Counted from the first letter of the stretch, positions 17,411-26,325 are shown. The stretch is DNA of 30,124 nt from a virus (IMGVR_UViG_3300030109_002488:1-30124), one strand, 5' to 3'. A program made the numbers and translations. Notes: generated by a model from the letters alone, not told the origin.

Positions 17411-17795
17411 GAACTAGTAGACAATAAAGGTCTTGTGGGAACAAGGGACTGAGTCAACTGATTAATCACCTAGATGTGATGTCCTATAAATGTAGGATGT
17501 CTGTCCTTTTAACAAAGGAATCAGGGTAACTGTGAAAAACAATTAAAACTTAATTGTAACTTCGACACTAATTATTCAAATGGTATACCATTACCACAGA
17601 GTAATATAACATTAATTGTAGTAATTTATGTAATGTATAGTAATATATAAACATATCTGTTGAAAGAAATGTTATGTGTCAAGAAATCTAGAGGGTAGAA
17701 CCTCATTGGTCACAGTTTGTAGTCGAAGGACTACCTAGTTCGTGTTTTAAAGTCACCAATGGAGGTCACAAGTCCTCATATAAAAGACTGAGTGG
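17411..17795 (+). ncRNA. Candidate large structured ncRNA with pseudoknot (unassigned)
   Basis: ORF-free, with more than 10 compatible stems. Long-range pairs include GAACTAG/CTAGTTC and AACTGTGA/TCACAGTT, plus a crossing CATTGGT/ACCAATG. Confidence 0.6.
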
Positions 17796-17832
17796 AACAT
17801 TTAAATAAAATACTAACTAAACACAAACAATC

Positions 17833-18030
17833 ATGACAACAGAAAAAGAATTAAGACACTTACCAATTAACAGTATAAATTATACTGAAGAACAAAAGAT
17901 TCGATCTAAAAACTTAGAACTAACGAGAGCACTACAAGATGTTGATAGACTGACATCAGATAATGTTCAGTTTAAACTTCAGATTATTGAGTTAAAACAA
18001 AAGATAAAAGAGTTAGAATCAACTAACTAA
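17833..18030 (+). CDS. Small coiled-coil hypothetical protein
   Basis: 65 aa with a heptad pattern and an A-rich leader. Confidence 0.65.
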   Translation: MTTEKELRHLPINSINYTEEQKIRSKNLELTRALQDVDRLTSDNVQFKLQIIELKQKIKELESTN

Positions 18031-18094
18031 ATAATTAAACATTTATTACGACAAATAAACTAATTAATTATAAACATTTAAAACAACAAACATT

Positions 18095-18310
18095 ATGAAA
18101 ATCAAATTAAAAGGAGTAACAGTAGACATTAGAAGAAATGATTTAGACGAACTGATTAAACTACAACACATTATCACTAAAGAAATCAAAACAAACAAAC
18201 GTAAAGTTAGGGGACAATTACTTGAGTTGTCATTAGATTTAGTTAACACAAGAATATCAGACATATCATATGATCTTGCATATTCTGAAGAATTACACAC
18301 AATAGTATGA
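18095..18310 (+). CDS. Hypothetical protein
   Basis: 71-aa ORF with an A-rich leader. Confidence 0.65.
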   Translation: MKIKLKGVTVDIRRNDLDELIKLQHIITKEIKTNKRKVRGQLLELSLDLVNTRISDISYDLAYSEELHTIV

Positions 18311-18426
18311 AAAAGTTTAACATTGAATTTACACCATTCCTAGGAATAGGAATTGGTGTAGCTTGGGTAGATAAACTATTTATAATATTATTACCATTTA
18401 TAAGTATAGAAATAAAAATTAATTAA
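18307..18426 (+). CDS. 39-aa hydrophobic peptide
   Basis: MKKFNIEFTPFLGIGIGVAWVDKLFIILLPFISIEIKIN*. ATGA overlap with the upstream gene. Confidence 0.55.
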   Translation: MKKFNIEFTPFLGIGIGVAWVDKLFIILLPFISIEIKIN

Positions 18427-18486
18427 CAAGGTTGATAGTATACCTTTATTAAACTATCAAATAATCAATTAAACATTAAATAAATT

Positions 18487-19092
18487 ATGGAAACAAACAC
18501 AGGAACAGTAGAAACATTAAAGAATGGAGAATGTCTATTAGTAGACGCAAGAGTTGTAGCAAATGATAAAATATCACTACAATTTGCAGAAGTAATTAGA
18601 CCAGAAAACGAACAAATGAGTTTATTAGCATATTCTAATCGCTATGATGACTCATTCTCAAATAAAGCTAGAAGATCATGGTTAATAACTGACAGACAAG
18701 CTGCAACAGAAGATTATGGGGTAGATTTTACAGATGCTAATTCAAATTGGTATGAAGGTCCTAAAGGTACAATGTTAGACTTAAATATATTAAATCCTAC
18801 ATTAAATGGATTTAATGTTAGACTAGCAATTAAAGAAACAACTGAACCAACACCATGGCAAGAGCAAAACTATGAGACTGCTGCTAAAAGACGTGGTAAA
18901 AATGGACCTCACATGTTACACAATGGTGAGTATATCTTTAGCAATGTAATTGTTGTTGGTATAAAAGGTGACCAAGAGGTTAAACATACAAGATTAGAAG
19001 CTGATTCTATAGATGTAAAAGAGAGTCAAGTTGAATTAACGACATCAAACGAAATGGTTGGTGAGTTACAGTCAAATGAAATAGGACTGTAA
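18487..19092 (+). CDS. Hypothetical protein (201 aa, beta-rich with acidic tail)
   Basis: Clear ORF with a strong leader and its own terminator. Function not recognised. Confidence 0.8.
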   Translation: METNTGTVETLKNGECLLVDARVVANDKISLQFAEVIRPENEQMSLLAYSNRYDDSFSNKARRSWLITDRQAATEDYGVDFTDANSNWYEGPKGTMLDLNILNPTLNGFNVRLAIKETTEPTPWQEQNYETAAKRRGKNGPHMLHNGEYIFSNVIVVGIKGDQEVKHTRLEADSIDVKESQVELTTSNEMVGELQSNEIGL

Positions 19093-19101
19093 ATTATCTA
19101 T

Positions 19102-19143
19102 AATATCAAGGGGAGAGAATATCTCCCTTTGATATTTTATTTA
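19102..19143 (+). terminator. Rho-independent terminator
   Basis: AATATCAAGGGGAGA-GAATA-TCTCCCTTTGATATT followed by a T-rich tail. Confidence 0.85.
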
Positions 19144-19163
19144 TTAATTTAAAATATAAAATT

Positions 19164-19415
19164 ATGTCATACATGGGCTGGATAGCACAAATGGTAAGTG
19201 ATAATACTTATCAAGAATTTAAAGATTTATACATAAAAGCACACGAAAATAACCAAGAAAGTTTTATATTTGGTAATGAAAAATGTGATACAGTTTTGGG
19301 TAAACATGTGTGTAATTATGTAGACACATATTTAATGGATCACTATGATAATCATCTGATTAAACAAGCAGAATTACAGAACGAATACGAAGATTTAATA
19401 ACTAAAGGATTTTAA
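19164..19415 (+). CDS. Hypothetical protein
   Basis: 83-aa ORF ending 1 nt before polA. Confidence 0.75.
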   Translation: MSYMGWIAQMVSDNTYQEFKDLYIKAHENNQESFIFGNEKCDTVLGKHVCNYVDTYLMDHYDNHLIKQAELQNEYEDLITKGF

Positions 19416-19416
19416 T

Positions 19417-21327
19417 ATGATTTATACAGTTGGTATAAAAACACTTATACCTAAAACAGAATTTGCACAATGTAACATAGAAGATGTTGCAAGATATTGT
19501 GAAACAAAAAAAGTGTTAGGTGTAGACACAGAAACAGAAGGATTTGATTTCACATGTAAAAAAATGATTATGTTTCAGATAGGTGATGAAGAAAACCAAT
19601 TTATAATTGACACTAGATTTATATCATTAGAACCTATACGACACATCTTAGAGTCTAAAAATATAATAAAAATACTTCATAACGCCAAGTTTGATTATAA
19701 ATTTATAAAAACAACATCAAATATAAAACTTGAGTGTGTCTATGACACCTTTCTTACTGAAAGAATATTAAATTGTGGTAAGGATGGAATGAAGTATGGA
19801 CTCAAAGATGTTTGTAAAAAGTATTTAAATGTAGAAATAAACAAAGACGTAAGAAACCAATTTATTAATCTAGAAGGTCATCCATTTAAAGCTGATCAAA
19901 TAGTTTATGGTGCTAAAGATGTAGAATATCTTGTAGGTATACGTGAGCATCAGTTACCATTAATAGATAAATATAAACTAAATAACGTTGTAGATCTAGA
20001 AAATGAGGTAGTATTATCATTTGCAGATATAGAATGTAATGGTTTAGATTTAGATACTGAGCAGTGGAAGACACTTGACGAGATAAATAATACTGAAGCA
20101 ACAGCATTACAATTAAACTTAGATGAAATATTAACAGAAAATCATAAACTAGAAAAGTTTGTATCTAAATATGTGCAAGCTGATATGTTTACACCAATTG
20201 AAGAATTAAGAAAAGTAAATGTTAAGTGGACATCACCTAAACAAGTGCTTGAAGTATTTCAATGTCTTGTACCTGATTTAGATAATGTTAACGGTAAAGC
20301 AATGTATAAACATAGATTTAGCCATGAAATTATAGATACATATGTAAAATATAAAGAAGCTATGAAATTATGTACATCATATGGCCATAAATTCTTTGAT
20401 AATTTAGCAGGAGATAATAGAATACACACCAATTTTCACCAAATACTTGACACAGGTAGAGTTAGCTCATCCAAACCTAACATGCAGCAGATTCCTGCTG
20501 ATAATAGATTTAGAAACTGTTTTACTGCACCGATAGGATGGAGCTTTGTAAGTGCTGATTACTCAAGCCAAGAGTTAAATGTAATTGCCTTTGGATCTAA
20601 GGATCCCGTATGGTTGAAAGCCTTAGAAGAAGGACAGGACTTACACTCTACATGTGCTGAGTTGGTGTATGGTGATGAATGGTTAAATGCTGCTGAAGAC
20701 GACTGTGTATACATGACTAAAAAATTAAAATGTAATTGTAAACAACATAAAAAACTTAGAACCAATGTCAAAACCATTAATTTCGGTCTTGCTTATGGCA
20801 TGGGCCCTCATAAGCTTTCTGATACTCTTAATATCAGTGTGGAAGGAGCTAAAGAGCTCATCGAAAAGTATTTCCAAGCGTTCCCATCGATCAAAGGGTT
20901 CTTAGATAAACTAGGTAACTTTGGTAAAAGATATGGGTATATTAAAACATTTCCTCCTTATAATAGGAGGAGATGGTTTACTAGCTGGTATCCTAAAATA
21001 TGGGACAATAAGTCAGCTAGTATGCAATTAGGTACAATTGAACGTGCATCTAAAAATACACCTATACAAGGAGCTAGTGCTGATATGACTAAGCGTGCTT
21101 TAATAATGATGCGTGACTATATTAAAGTTACAAGTAAATTCTATGATGAACCTCCTGTTAAATTAGTGATGACTGTACATGATCAGATAGATACAATATG
21201 TAGAAATGATTATTTAGATATATGGACAGAAACTATGAAGAAATTAATGGAAGAAGCAGCATTAGAGATAGTAACAAATGGTTTGTTAAAAGCAGAAGTA
21301 TCAGTAAGTAATTGTTGGGAAAAATAA
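19417..21327 (+). CDS. polA: DNA polymerase family A with 3'-5' exonuclease domain
   Basis: Exo I DTETEG, Exo II HNAKFD, Exo III YGAKD. Polymerase TGRVSSSKPNMQQIP, motif A ADYSSQEL, motif B RTNVKTINFGLAYG, motif C TVHDQI. No 5'-3' exonuclease domain. Confidence 0.97.
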   Translation: MIYTVGIKTLIPKTEFAQCNIEDVARYCETKKVLGVDTETEGFDFTCKKMIMFQIGDEENQFIIDTRFISLEPIRHILESKNIIKILHNAKFDYKFIKTTSNIKLECVYDTFLTERILNCGKDGMKYGLKDVCKKYLNVEINKDVRNQFINLEGHPFKADQIVYGAKDVEYLVGIREHQLPLIDKYKLNNVVDLENEVVLSFADIECNGLDLDTEQWKTLDEINNTEATALQLNLDEILTENHKLEKFVSKYVQADMFTPIEELRKVNVKWTSPKQVLEVFQCLVPDLDNVNGKAMYKHRFSHEIIDTYVKYKEAMKLCTSYGHKFFDNLAGDNRIHTNFHQILDTGRVSSSKPNMQQIPADNRFRNCFTAPIGWSFVSADYSSQELNVIAFGSKDPVWLKALEEGQDLHSTCAELVYGDEWLNAAEDDCVYMTKKLKCNCKQHKKLRTNVKTINFGLAYGMGPHKLSDTLNISVEGAKELIEKYFQAFPSIKGFLDKLGNFGKRYGYIKTFPPYNRRRWFTSWYPKIWDNKSASMQLGTIERASKNTPIQGASADMTKRALIMMRDYIKVTSKFYDEPPVKLVMTVHDQIDTICRNDYLDIWTETMKKLMEEAALEIVTNGLLKAEVSVSNCWEK

Positions 21328-21333
21328 TAATAT

Positions 21334-21426
21334 AAATAGAGAGAGAGTAAAGACAGAGCGCAGTATACAAAAAAGAGGATAAAGCTGACGACACCTTCAA
21401 GTCCACCTCTCTCTCTCTATTTTTTA
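21334..21426 (+). terminator. Long-loop inverted repeat with T-tail after polA (terminator-like structured element)
   Basis: AAATAGAGAGAGAG (21334-21347) pairs with CTCTCTCTCTATTT (21409-21422) around a ~60-nt loop. Confidence 0.45.
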
Positions 21427-21437
21427 AAACAAATAAT

Positions 21438-21785
21438 ATGGATAAAGAATTAGTAAAAGCATTTGTGCAAGAATGTAAAGACTATCGTGACTGGCAAGAA
21501 AGAATTAAAGCTAATCAAATAGATATGGATGATTGGTTTAAATATAGTGGTGAGGTAGAAGAATACACTGATGAGTATAAAGAGTTCTTAAAATACAATG
21601 GATTTAGTTGGCTTAAAGCTAAACGACATGGATCTATATTACCTATGAGTAGAGATAGAAAAACATACTATAAACAATATTGGCACGATGTAGTAAAACC
21701 TAAACAACTTTTAAAACACTTAGAAAATGAAAGAAATATTAGATATGAACAAAATAAAGGACGTACAACAGAGGAAAGCTCTTAA
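21438..21785 (+). CDS. Hypothetical protein
   Basis: 115-aa ORF with an A-rich leader. Confidence 0.7.
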   Translation: MDKELVKAFVQECKDYRDWQERIKANQIDMDDWFKYSGEVEEYTDEYKEFLKYNGFSWLKAKRHGSILPMSRDRKTYYKQYWHDVVKPKQLLKHLENERNIRYEQNKGRTTEESS

Positions 21786-22890
21786 TTGTTGGGCCAACTC
21801 TGGATTTAAAGGCTCAATTATAGCAGGTACTGGTTTTGGTAAGTCTAGATGTGGTATACTTGCAATAGATTACGCATTAAGAACAGGAACTAAAGCATTA
21901 ATACTAGTTCCTACCATACAACTACAAGATCAATTCCGTGAAGAATTTTATAAATGGGATTTAGGCCACTGCTTAGATAACGTTGAAGTACTGTGTTATC
22001 AGAGTGCGTATAAATTGCAAAATGAGCATTATAGTATTGTAGTGTGTGATGAAATACATTTAGGTTTAAGTAAAGAGTATAAAAAATTCTTTGATAATAA
22101 TACTTATGATAAATTATTATGCATGACTGCTACAGTGCCTGAAGAACAAGAATACGCTAGTTATTTAAATAAACTAGCACCTACAGTATATAAAGTTACA
22201 CTAGACCAATGTGTTAAACTTGGTTTAGTATCTCCTTATAAAATACAATGTATACCTGTAGAATTAACAACTGATGAAAGAGCTGCATATAAAGCTATTA
22301 ATAATCAGTTTATTAGATCTAAATATGTATTAGGACAATTTGATGCATTTAGTAGAGCTAAATATATTATGAGTACACCAGATGCTACACCAGAAGACAG
22401 ACGAGCTGCTGCTCAGTTTTATCAATCTATTAGAGAGCGTAAAGCTATTATAGATTTTGCTGAAAATAAAGTAAAAATGTTTAAAGAGCTAGTTATAAAT
22501 AACTTAGACAAAAAAATACTTGCATTCAGTGGAGCAAATGATTTTACAGATCAGTTAGCAGAGTCAGTGTCACCACTAGCTATGTCATACCATTCAGGTA
22601 AAACTAAGAAACAAAGAGAGCTAATACTAGACGCATTTAAAAATGACACAATTAAAGTATTATGCTCAACAAAAGCTTTAAATCAAGGTTTAGACGTCCC
22701 AGATGCAAATATGGGTATAATGTGTGGTATTACTAGTAAAGCTTTACCTATGATACAACGTGTAGGTAGACTTGTAAGGTTTAAAGAAGGTAAAACTGGT
22801 GATATAATAATACTTTATGTTAAAGATAGTCAGGAGGAGAAGTGGCTAAAAAATTCTACAAAGAATTTGGATAACGTAAATTGGATATAA
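21727..22890 (+). CDS. Superfamily 2 DNA helicase (SSL2/UvsW-like)
   Basis: GTGFGKS, VPT, DEIH, MTAT, QGLDVPD and QRVGRLVR motifs. Start may be 21745. Confidence 0.93.
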   Translation: MKEILDMNKIKDVQQRKALNCWANSGFKGSIIAGTGFGKSRCGILAIDYALRTGTKALILVPTIQLQDQFREEFYKWDLGHCLDNVEVLCYQSAYKLQNEHYSIVVCDEIHLGLSKEYKKFFDNNTYDKLLCMTATVPEEQEYASYLNKLAPTVYKVTLDQCVKLGLVSPYKIQCIPVELTTDERAAYKAINNQFIRSKYVLGQFDAFSRAKYIMSTPDATPEDRRAAAQFYQSIRERKAIIDFAENKVKMFKELVINNLDKKILAFSGANDFTDQLAESVSPLAMSYHSGKTKKQRELILDAFKNDTIKVLCSTKALNQGLDVPDANMGIMCGITSKALPMIQRVGRLVRFKEGKTGDIIILYVKDSQEEKWLKNSTKNLDNVNWI

Positions 22891-22909
22891 AAAATAATTA
22901 AATAAAAGT

Positions 22910-22939
22910 TTTGTATTATGAAAAAGATTTGTATATTTG
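22910..22939 (+). promoter_or_regulatory. Bacteroidota-type promoter for replication genes
   Basis: TTTG (22910-22913), 18-nt spacer, TATATTTG (22932-22939). Confidence 0.6.
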
Positions 22940-22976
22940 TACCCATGTTCCGTTTAATTATAAAAGAATTTTTGAT

Positions 22977-23534
22977 ATGAAGATAAATATAGATTTTGAA
23001 ATATTGACACAAACAAATATGAGTGCTGATGATTTCACGTATTTATTTATAATCTATCGAAAAGGATTTAACTATTTAAACAATCTTAATTTAAAGCCAA
23101 ATTTAGACGAATTGCAAAAGCAAGGATACATAAAGCTCGGTGAAACTCCTGATAATCATGTGATTAGACAAGAGTTCATCGATCTTTTTGTTTCTGACTT
23201 TGATTCTATGTTTGCTGAGTTAATCAGTAAATATCCTATGAAAGTCAATTCGTCTACACGTGGCGTTAGGGTATTGCATGCTAAAGATCCAGATGCTATG
23301 GCTAATAAAAAAGCCAAAACTAGGTACAAAAAAATTGTAGATAATAAACTATACAAACATAAATATATTATGAAATGTTTGGATAAACAACTACTAATCG
23401 AAAGAAATAATCTTGAATATTTACAAAATTTAGAAACCTGGATTAATAACCATACTTGGGAAAAGTATGAAAACTTAGACGAAAATGCAATACAAAAAGA
23501 CCCCCTTAAACCAAGAATCACAAGATCTTTATAA
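22977..23534 (+). CDS. Putative replication initiator/helicase-loader-like protein
   Basis: FAELISKYPMKV...YLQNLETWINNHTWE resembles the C-termini of phage replisome organisers. Precedes dnaB. Start moved to ATG 22977, downstream of the promoter. Confidence 0.6.
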   Translation: MKINIDFEILTQTNMSADDFTYLFIIYRKGFNYLNNLNLKPNLDELQKQGYIKLGETPDNHVIRQEFIDLFVSDFDSMFAELISKYPMKVNSSTRGVRVLHAKDPDAMANKKAKTRYKKIVDNKLYKHKYIMKCLDKQLLIERNNLEYLQNLETWINNHTWEKYENLDENAIQKDPLKPRITRSL

Positions 23535-24435
23535 GAGTAGAGGATTTAAAAGCATAGAACAGTCTGTAACAACTTCTATTAATGAGGTTAGAACTGGTAT
23601 GCTAGGTAAACGACCTGTCTTTCCAACTAAATGGGCAAGACTAAACAAAAATTTATTAGGTGGATTACAACCTGGTAAAATGTATGTAATTGCTGGTAGA
23701 CCTGGTGTAGGTAAATCAGCATTTAGTAATCAAATGATATTTGACTTGTTAGATCATGAACTCAAAGAAAAAGTTGTAGTATTATACTGGAGCTTTGAGA
23801 TGCCTGGCCATCAACAAATATTACGTGCAGGCTCTAAAGATGTTAAAAAGCAAGTGTTAGATTTATTATCTGTAGAAGAAAAATTAAGTGAAGAGGACTA
23901 TGAATTATATAAGAATAAAGTATCTAAATATAAAAAGTATCCTATTTATTTTAACAATATACCTAGAAATATAGAGTATATTAAAGATGCTAATGTAGAA
24001 ATAACTAACAGAAATCCTGATGCTAGGATTATAAATATCTTTGACCACTCACGTCTTGTTGTAGGTAAAGCAGAGTCAGAACTACAAAGACTAAATGAAT
24101 TATCTAAAGGATGTATGTGGATGCAAGCTAAAATGGGAGTTATAAATATACTTCTATCGCAGCTTAACCGTAACATTGAACAAGAACACCGTGCAAAGGC
24201 GCAGTATCAGCCATTACTAACAGATTTATTTGGTGGTGATAGCATTGGTCAAGATGCACACGTTGTTATGATGTTACAACGACCATATGATTTATATGGT
24301 ATAACAGAATCATACTGTAATGAGGATCCTGTAGGACTGTTAGCTGTTCACGTAGAAAAGAATCGTGACGGTCTATTAGGTATGATCCCATTTGAAGCAG
24401 ATATGTCAACATTTACAATTAACGAAAGAAATTAA
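23485..24435 (+). CDS. dnaB: DnaB-like replicative helicase (ATPase domain only)
   Basis: AGRPGVGKS, SFEM, LSQLNR, DLFGGDSIGQDAHVV and KNRDG motifs. Confidence 0.93.
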   Translation: MQYKKTPLNQESQDLYKSRGFKSIEQSVTTSINEVRTGMLGKRPVFPTKWARLNKNLLGGLQPGKMYVIAGRPGVGKSAFSNQMIFDLLDHELKEKVVVLYWSFEMPGHQQILRAGSKDVKKQVLDLLSVEEKLSEEDYELYKNKVSKYKKYPIYFNNIPRNIEYIKDANVEITNRNPDARIINIFDHSRLVVGKAESELQRLNELSKGCMWMQAKMGVINILLSQLNRNIEQEHRAKAQYQPLLTDLFGGDSIGQDAHVVMMLQRPYDLYGITESYCNEDPVGLLAVHVEKNRDGLLGMIPFEADMSTFTINERN

Positions 24436-24438
24436 ACT

Positions 24439-24636
24439 ATGAAAGAAAAAGCAATAGAGATAGTAAAAAACTTAACAAGAACAATTAATAAAATAGGTGC
24501 AAAAATACATAATGTGCACAATTTAACTAGAGAAGATATGTTTGCTAATCCAACAGCATCTAAATCTAAATTAGAGAAAAAAAGAAAAGAAATAATAACA
24601 AAGTATAATTTAAAACAAAAAGAATGGAAATACTAG
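24439..24636 (+). CDS. Small basic hypothetical protein
   Basis: 65-aa ORF starting 3 nt after dnaB. Confidence 0.65.
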   Translation: MKEKAIEIVKNLTRTINKIGAKIHNVHNLTREDMFANPTASKSKLEKKRKEIITKYNLKQKEWKY

Positions 24637-24728
24637 CAGCAGCAATTATATACATAGCTGGTATAGTTACTGGCTTGTATGCTGCATCTCAAATGGAAAA
24701 AGATATTGATAAAAGAATAAAAAAATGA
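24624..24728 (+). CDS. 34-aa single-TM peptide
   Basis: MEILAAAIIYIAGIVTGLYAASQMEKDIDKRIKK*. Overlaps both neighbours (ATGA). Confidence 0.6.
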   Translation: MEILAAAIIYIAGIVTGLYAASQMEKDIDKRIKK

Positions 24729-24943
24729 TAGATACTATAATTATAATTTTAGTAGTACTTTTCTTGGTAGTATATGCATATTGGATTACAATATATGCGC
24801 ATAATAATAAAGAACTAATTAAAAACTTAGAAGAATATGACAAAAAAGAGAAAGCTGAACAGCAAAAATCCAAAATACATGGACAAAAGCAAGTTAAAAG
24901 AAAAGATAATAAAACGAAAAGAACTCGCTTGTACCACAACTAA
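24725..24943 (+). CDS. N-terminal TM small protein
   Basis: Hydrophobic first ~24 aa followed by a basic tail. Confidence 0.65.
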   Translation: MIDTIIIILVVLFLVVYAYWITIYAHNNKELIKNLEEYDKKEKAEQQKSKIHGQKQVKRKDNKTKRTRLYHN

Positions 24944-24969
24944 TGGTGTAAAAGTATATAAAGTGTGGT

Positions 24970-25152
24970 ATGAATAGTACAAGTTTATTAATAGAATTAT
25001 TAGCGTGTGGGTTTTTCTTTGTGTTAGGATGGTTAGTAGGTATTGAAAGAAATAACTATTTAACTAAAGAATTAACATTTTGGAAAGCATATACAAAAGA
25101 ATTAGAAAAAAATGAAAACGATGGAATTACCAAAAACAAAGGTAAAGGCTAG
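24970..25152 (+). CDS. N-terminal TM small protein
   Basis: LLIELLACGFFFVLGWLVGI followed by a charged helix. Confidence 0.6.
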   Translation: MNSTSLLIELLACGFFFVLGWLVGIERNNYLTKELTFWKAYTKELEKNENDGITKNKGKG

Positions 25153-25819
25153 CCGTAAATCGCCTAAAAACATGATAATATATGGTCCGCCAAAGATTGG
25201 CAAGACTACAGTATTATCACAATTAGATAACTGTTTAATAATTGACTTAGAACAAGGTTCTGACATGATTGACGCTTTGAAAATCAAAGTAAATAATCTT
25301 ACAGAACTTACAAACGTAGCTAGAGAAATAATTAAACAAGAAAAACCATATAAATATGTTGCTATTGACACTATATCTAAACTAGAAGAATGGTGTGAAA
25401 ATGAAGGCAAAAAAATTTATATGAAAACTCCTATGGGTAAAAACTTTGAAACTAAAAACCCAGGAATGTCAATACTATCATTGCCTAATGGCGCAGGCTA
25501 TTTGTACTTACGAATGGCATACAAAAAATGGATAGACAGACTAAACCTGTTAGCAGATCATGTTATCTTAGTTGGCCACTTAAAGGACAAAATGCTTGAA
25601 AAGAAAGGTAAAGAGGTTGCTGTAAAGGACCTTGACTTAACTGGTAAAATCAAGCAGATTACATGTGCTAACGCTGATGCTGTTGGTTATATATATAGAG
25701 AAGAAGACAAAACTATGGTTAGTTTTAATTCTCTCGATGATATAACTGCTGGTTCACGTTGTGCACATTTAAAGGGTAAGACCATGCCTATGAATTGGTC
25801 AGATATATATATAGATTAA
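25112..25819 (+). CDS. Sak4-like/AAA_24 P-loop ATPase (single-strand annealing family)
   Basis: YGPPKIGKTT, IIDLEQGS, VAIDT, ILVGH and ADAVGY motifs. Near the SSB gene. Confidence 0.85.
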   Translation: MKTMELPKTKVKASRKSPKNMIIYGPPKIGKTTVLSQLDNCLIIDLEQGSDMIDALKIKVNNLTELTNVAREIIKQEKPYKYVAIDTISKLEEWCENEGKKIYMKTPMGKNFETKNPGMSILSLPNGAGYLYLRMAYKKWIDRLNLLADHVILVGHLKDKMLEKKGKEVAVKDLDLTGKIKQITCANADAVGYIYREEDKTMVSFNSLDDITAGSRCAHLKGKTMPMNWSDIYID

Positions 25820-26325
25820 TTAAACGTAAAAAAATGATTGAAATGAAAAAACACGTAGAACCAGGCAAAACGCCTGCAAAAATTACTGTTTCTATGATTG
25901 ATCAAGATCTTAAAGATGGGATCAGTAAATCAGAGATGACTGTAAAATATGGTATTAAACCTTGGGAGGTAGATGAGATGTTTAAACATCCATTTCTTAA
26001 AGGTAGAAGACCTAGTAGAAAAAAAGCTTTATCTTTTACTTTTGTAGACGACATAGAACCATTAAATAGTGGTGATATTGCTGTAGAGCAAGCTGAAGAA
26101 GTAGATCCTAATCAAGTAACTTTGCATGATGCTATAGATGAAGCTATAGATTCAGCTCAACAAGCTAAAGATGAAATTACAAAAGCTGAACAGTCTATTG
26201 TAGATTTGCTTGGACCGCATACTCAAACTCCAGAAGAAACAATTAAAGAAGCAGCAGAGTGGTCAGCTAAAAATACAAATGATGAAGAAGAACTAGAAAT
26301 GGACGATAATACGTTCGAGTTATAA
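25795..26325 (+). CDS. Hypothetical protein with HTH-like N-terminus and acidic tail
   Basis: DLKDGISKSEMTVKYGIKPWEVDEMFKHP suggests an HTH. The true start is probably the downstream ATG (MIEMKK). Confidence 0.65.
   Translation: MVRYIYRLIKRKKMIEMKKHVEPGKTPAKITVSMIDQDLKDGISKSEMTVKYGIKPWEVDEMFKHPFLKGRRPSRKKALSFTFVDDIEPLNSGDIAVEQAEEVDPNQVTLHDAIDEAIDSAQQAKDEITKAEQSIVDLLGPHTQTPEETIKEAAEWSAKNTNDEEELEMDDNTFEL

Noticed and set aside
17411-17795. Group I intron, RNase P RNA or tmRNA identity for the large RNA
   Set aside because: No P7 R/S elements, no GAGGAAAGUCC, no tmRNA termini or tag ORF, and no interrupted gene on either side.
11607-21327. Inteins/introns in terL or polA
   Set aside because: Both are uninterrupted and of normal length, without intein splice motifs.
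22911-22976. N-terminal extension of the 22911-23534 ORF
   Set aside because: It has a non-ATG start overlapping a promoter consensus; ATG 22977 is more plausible.
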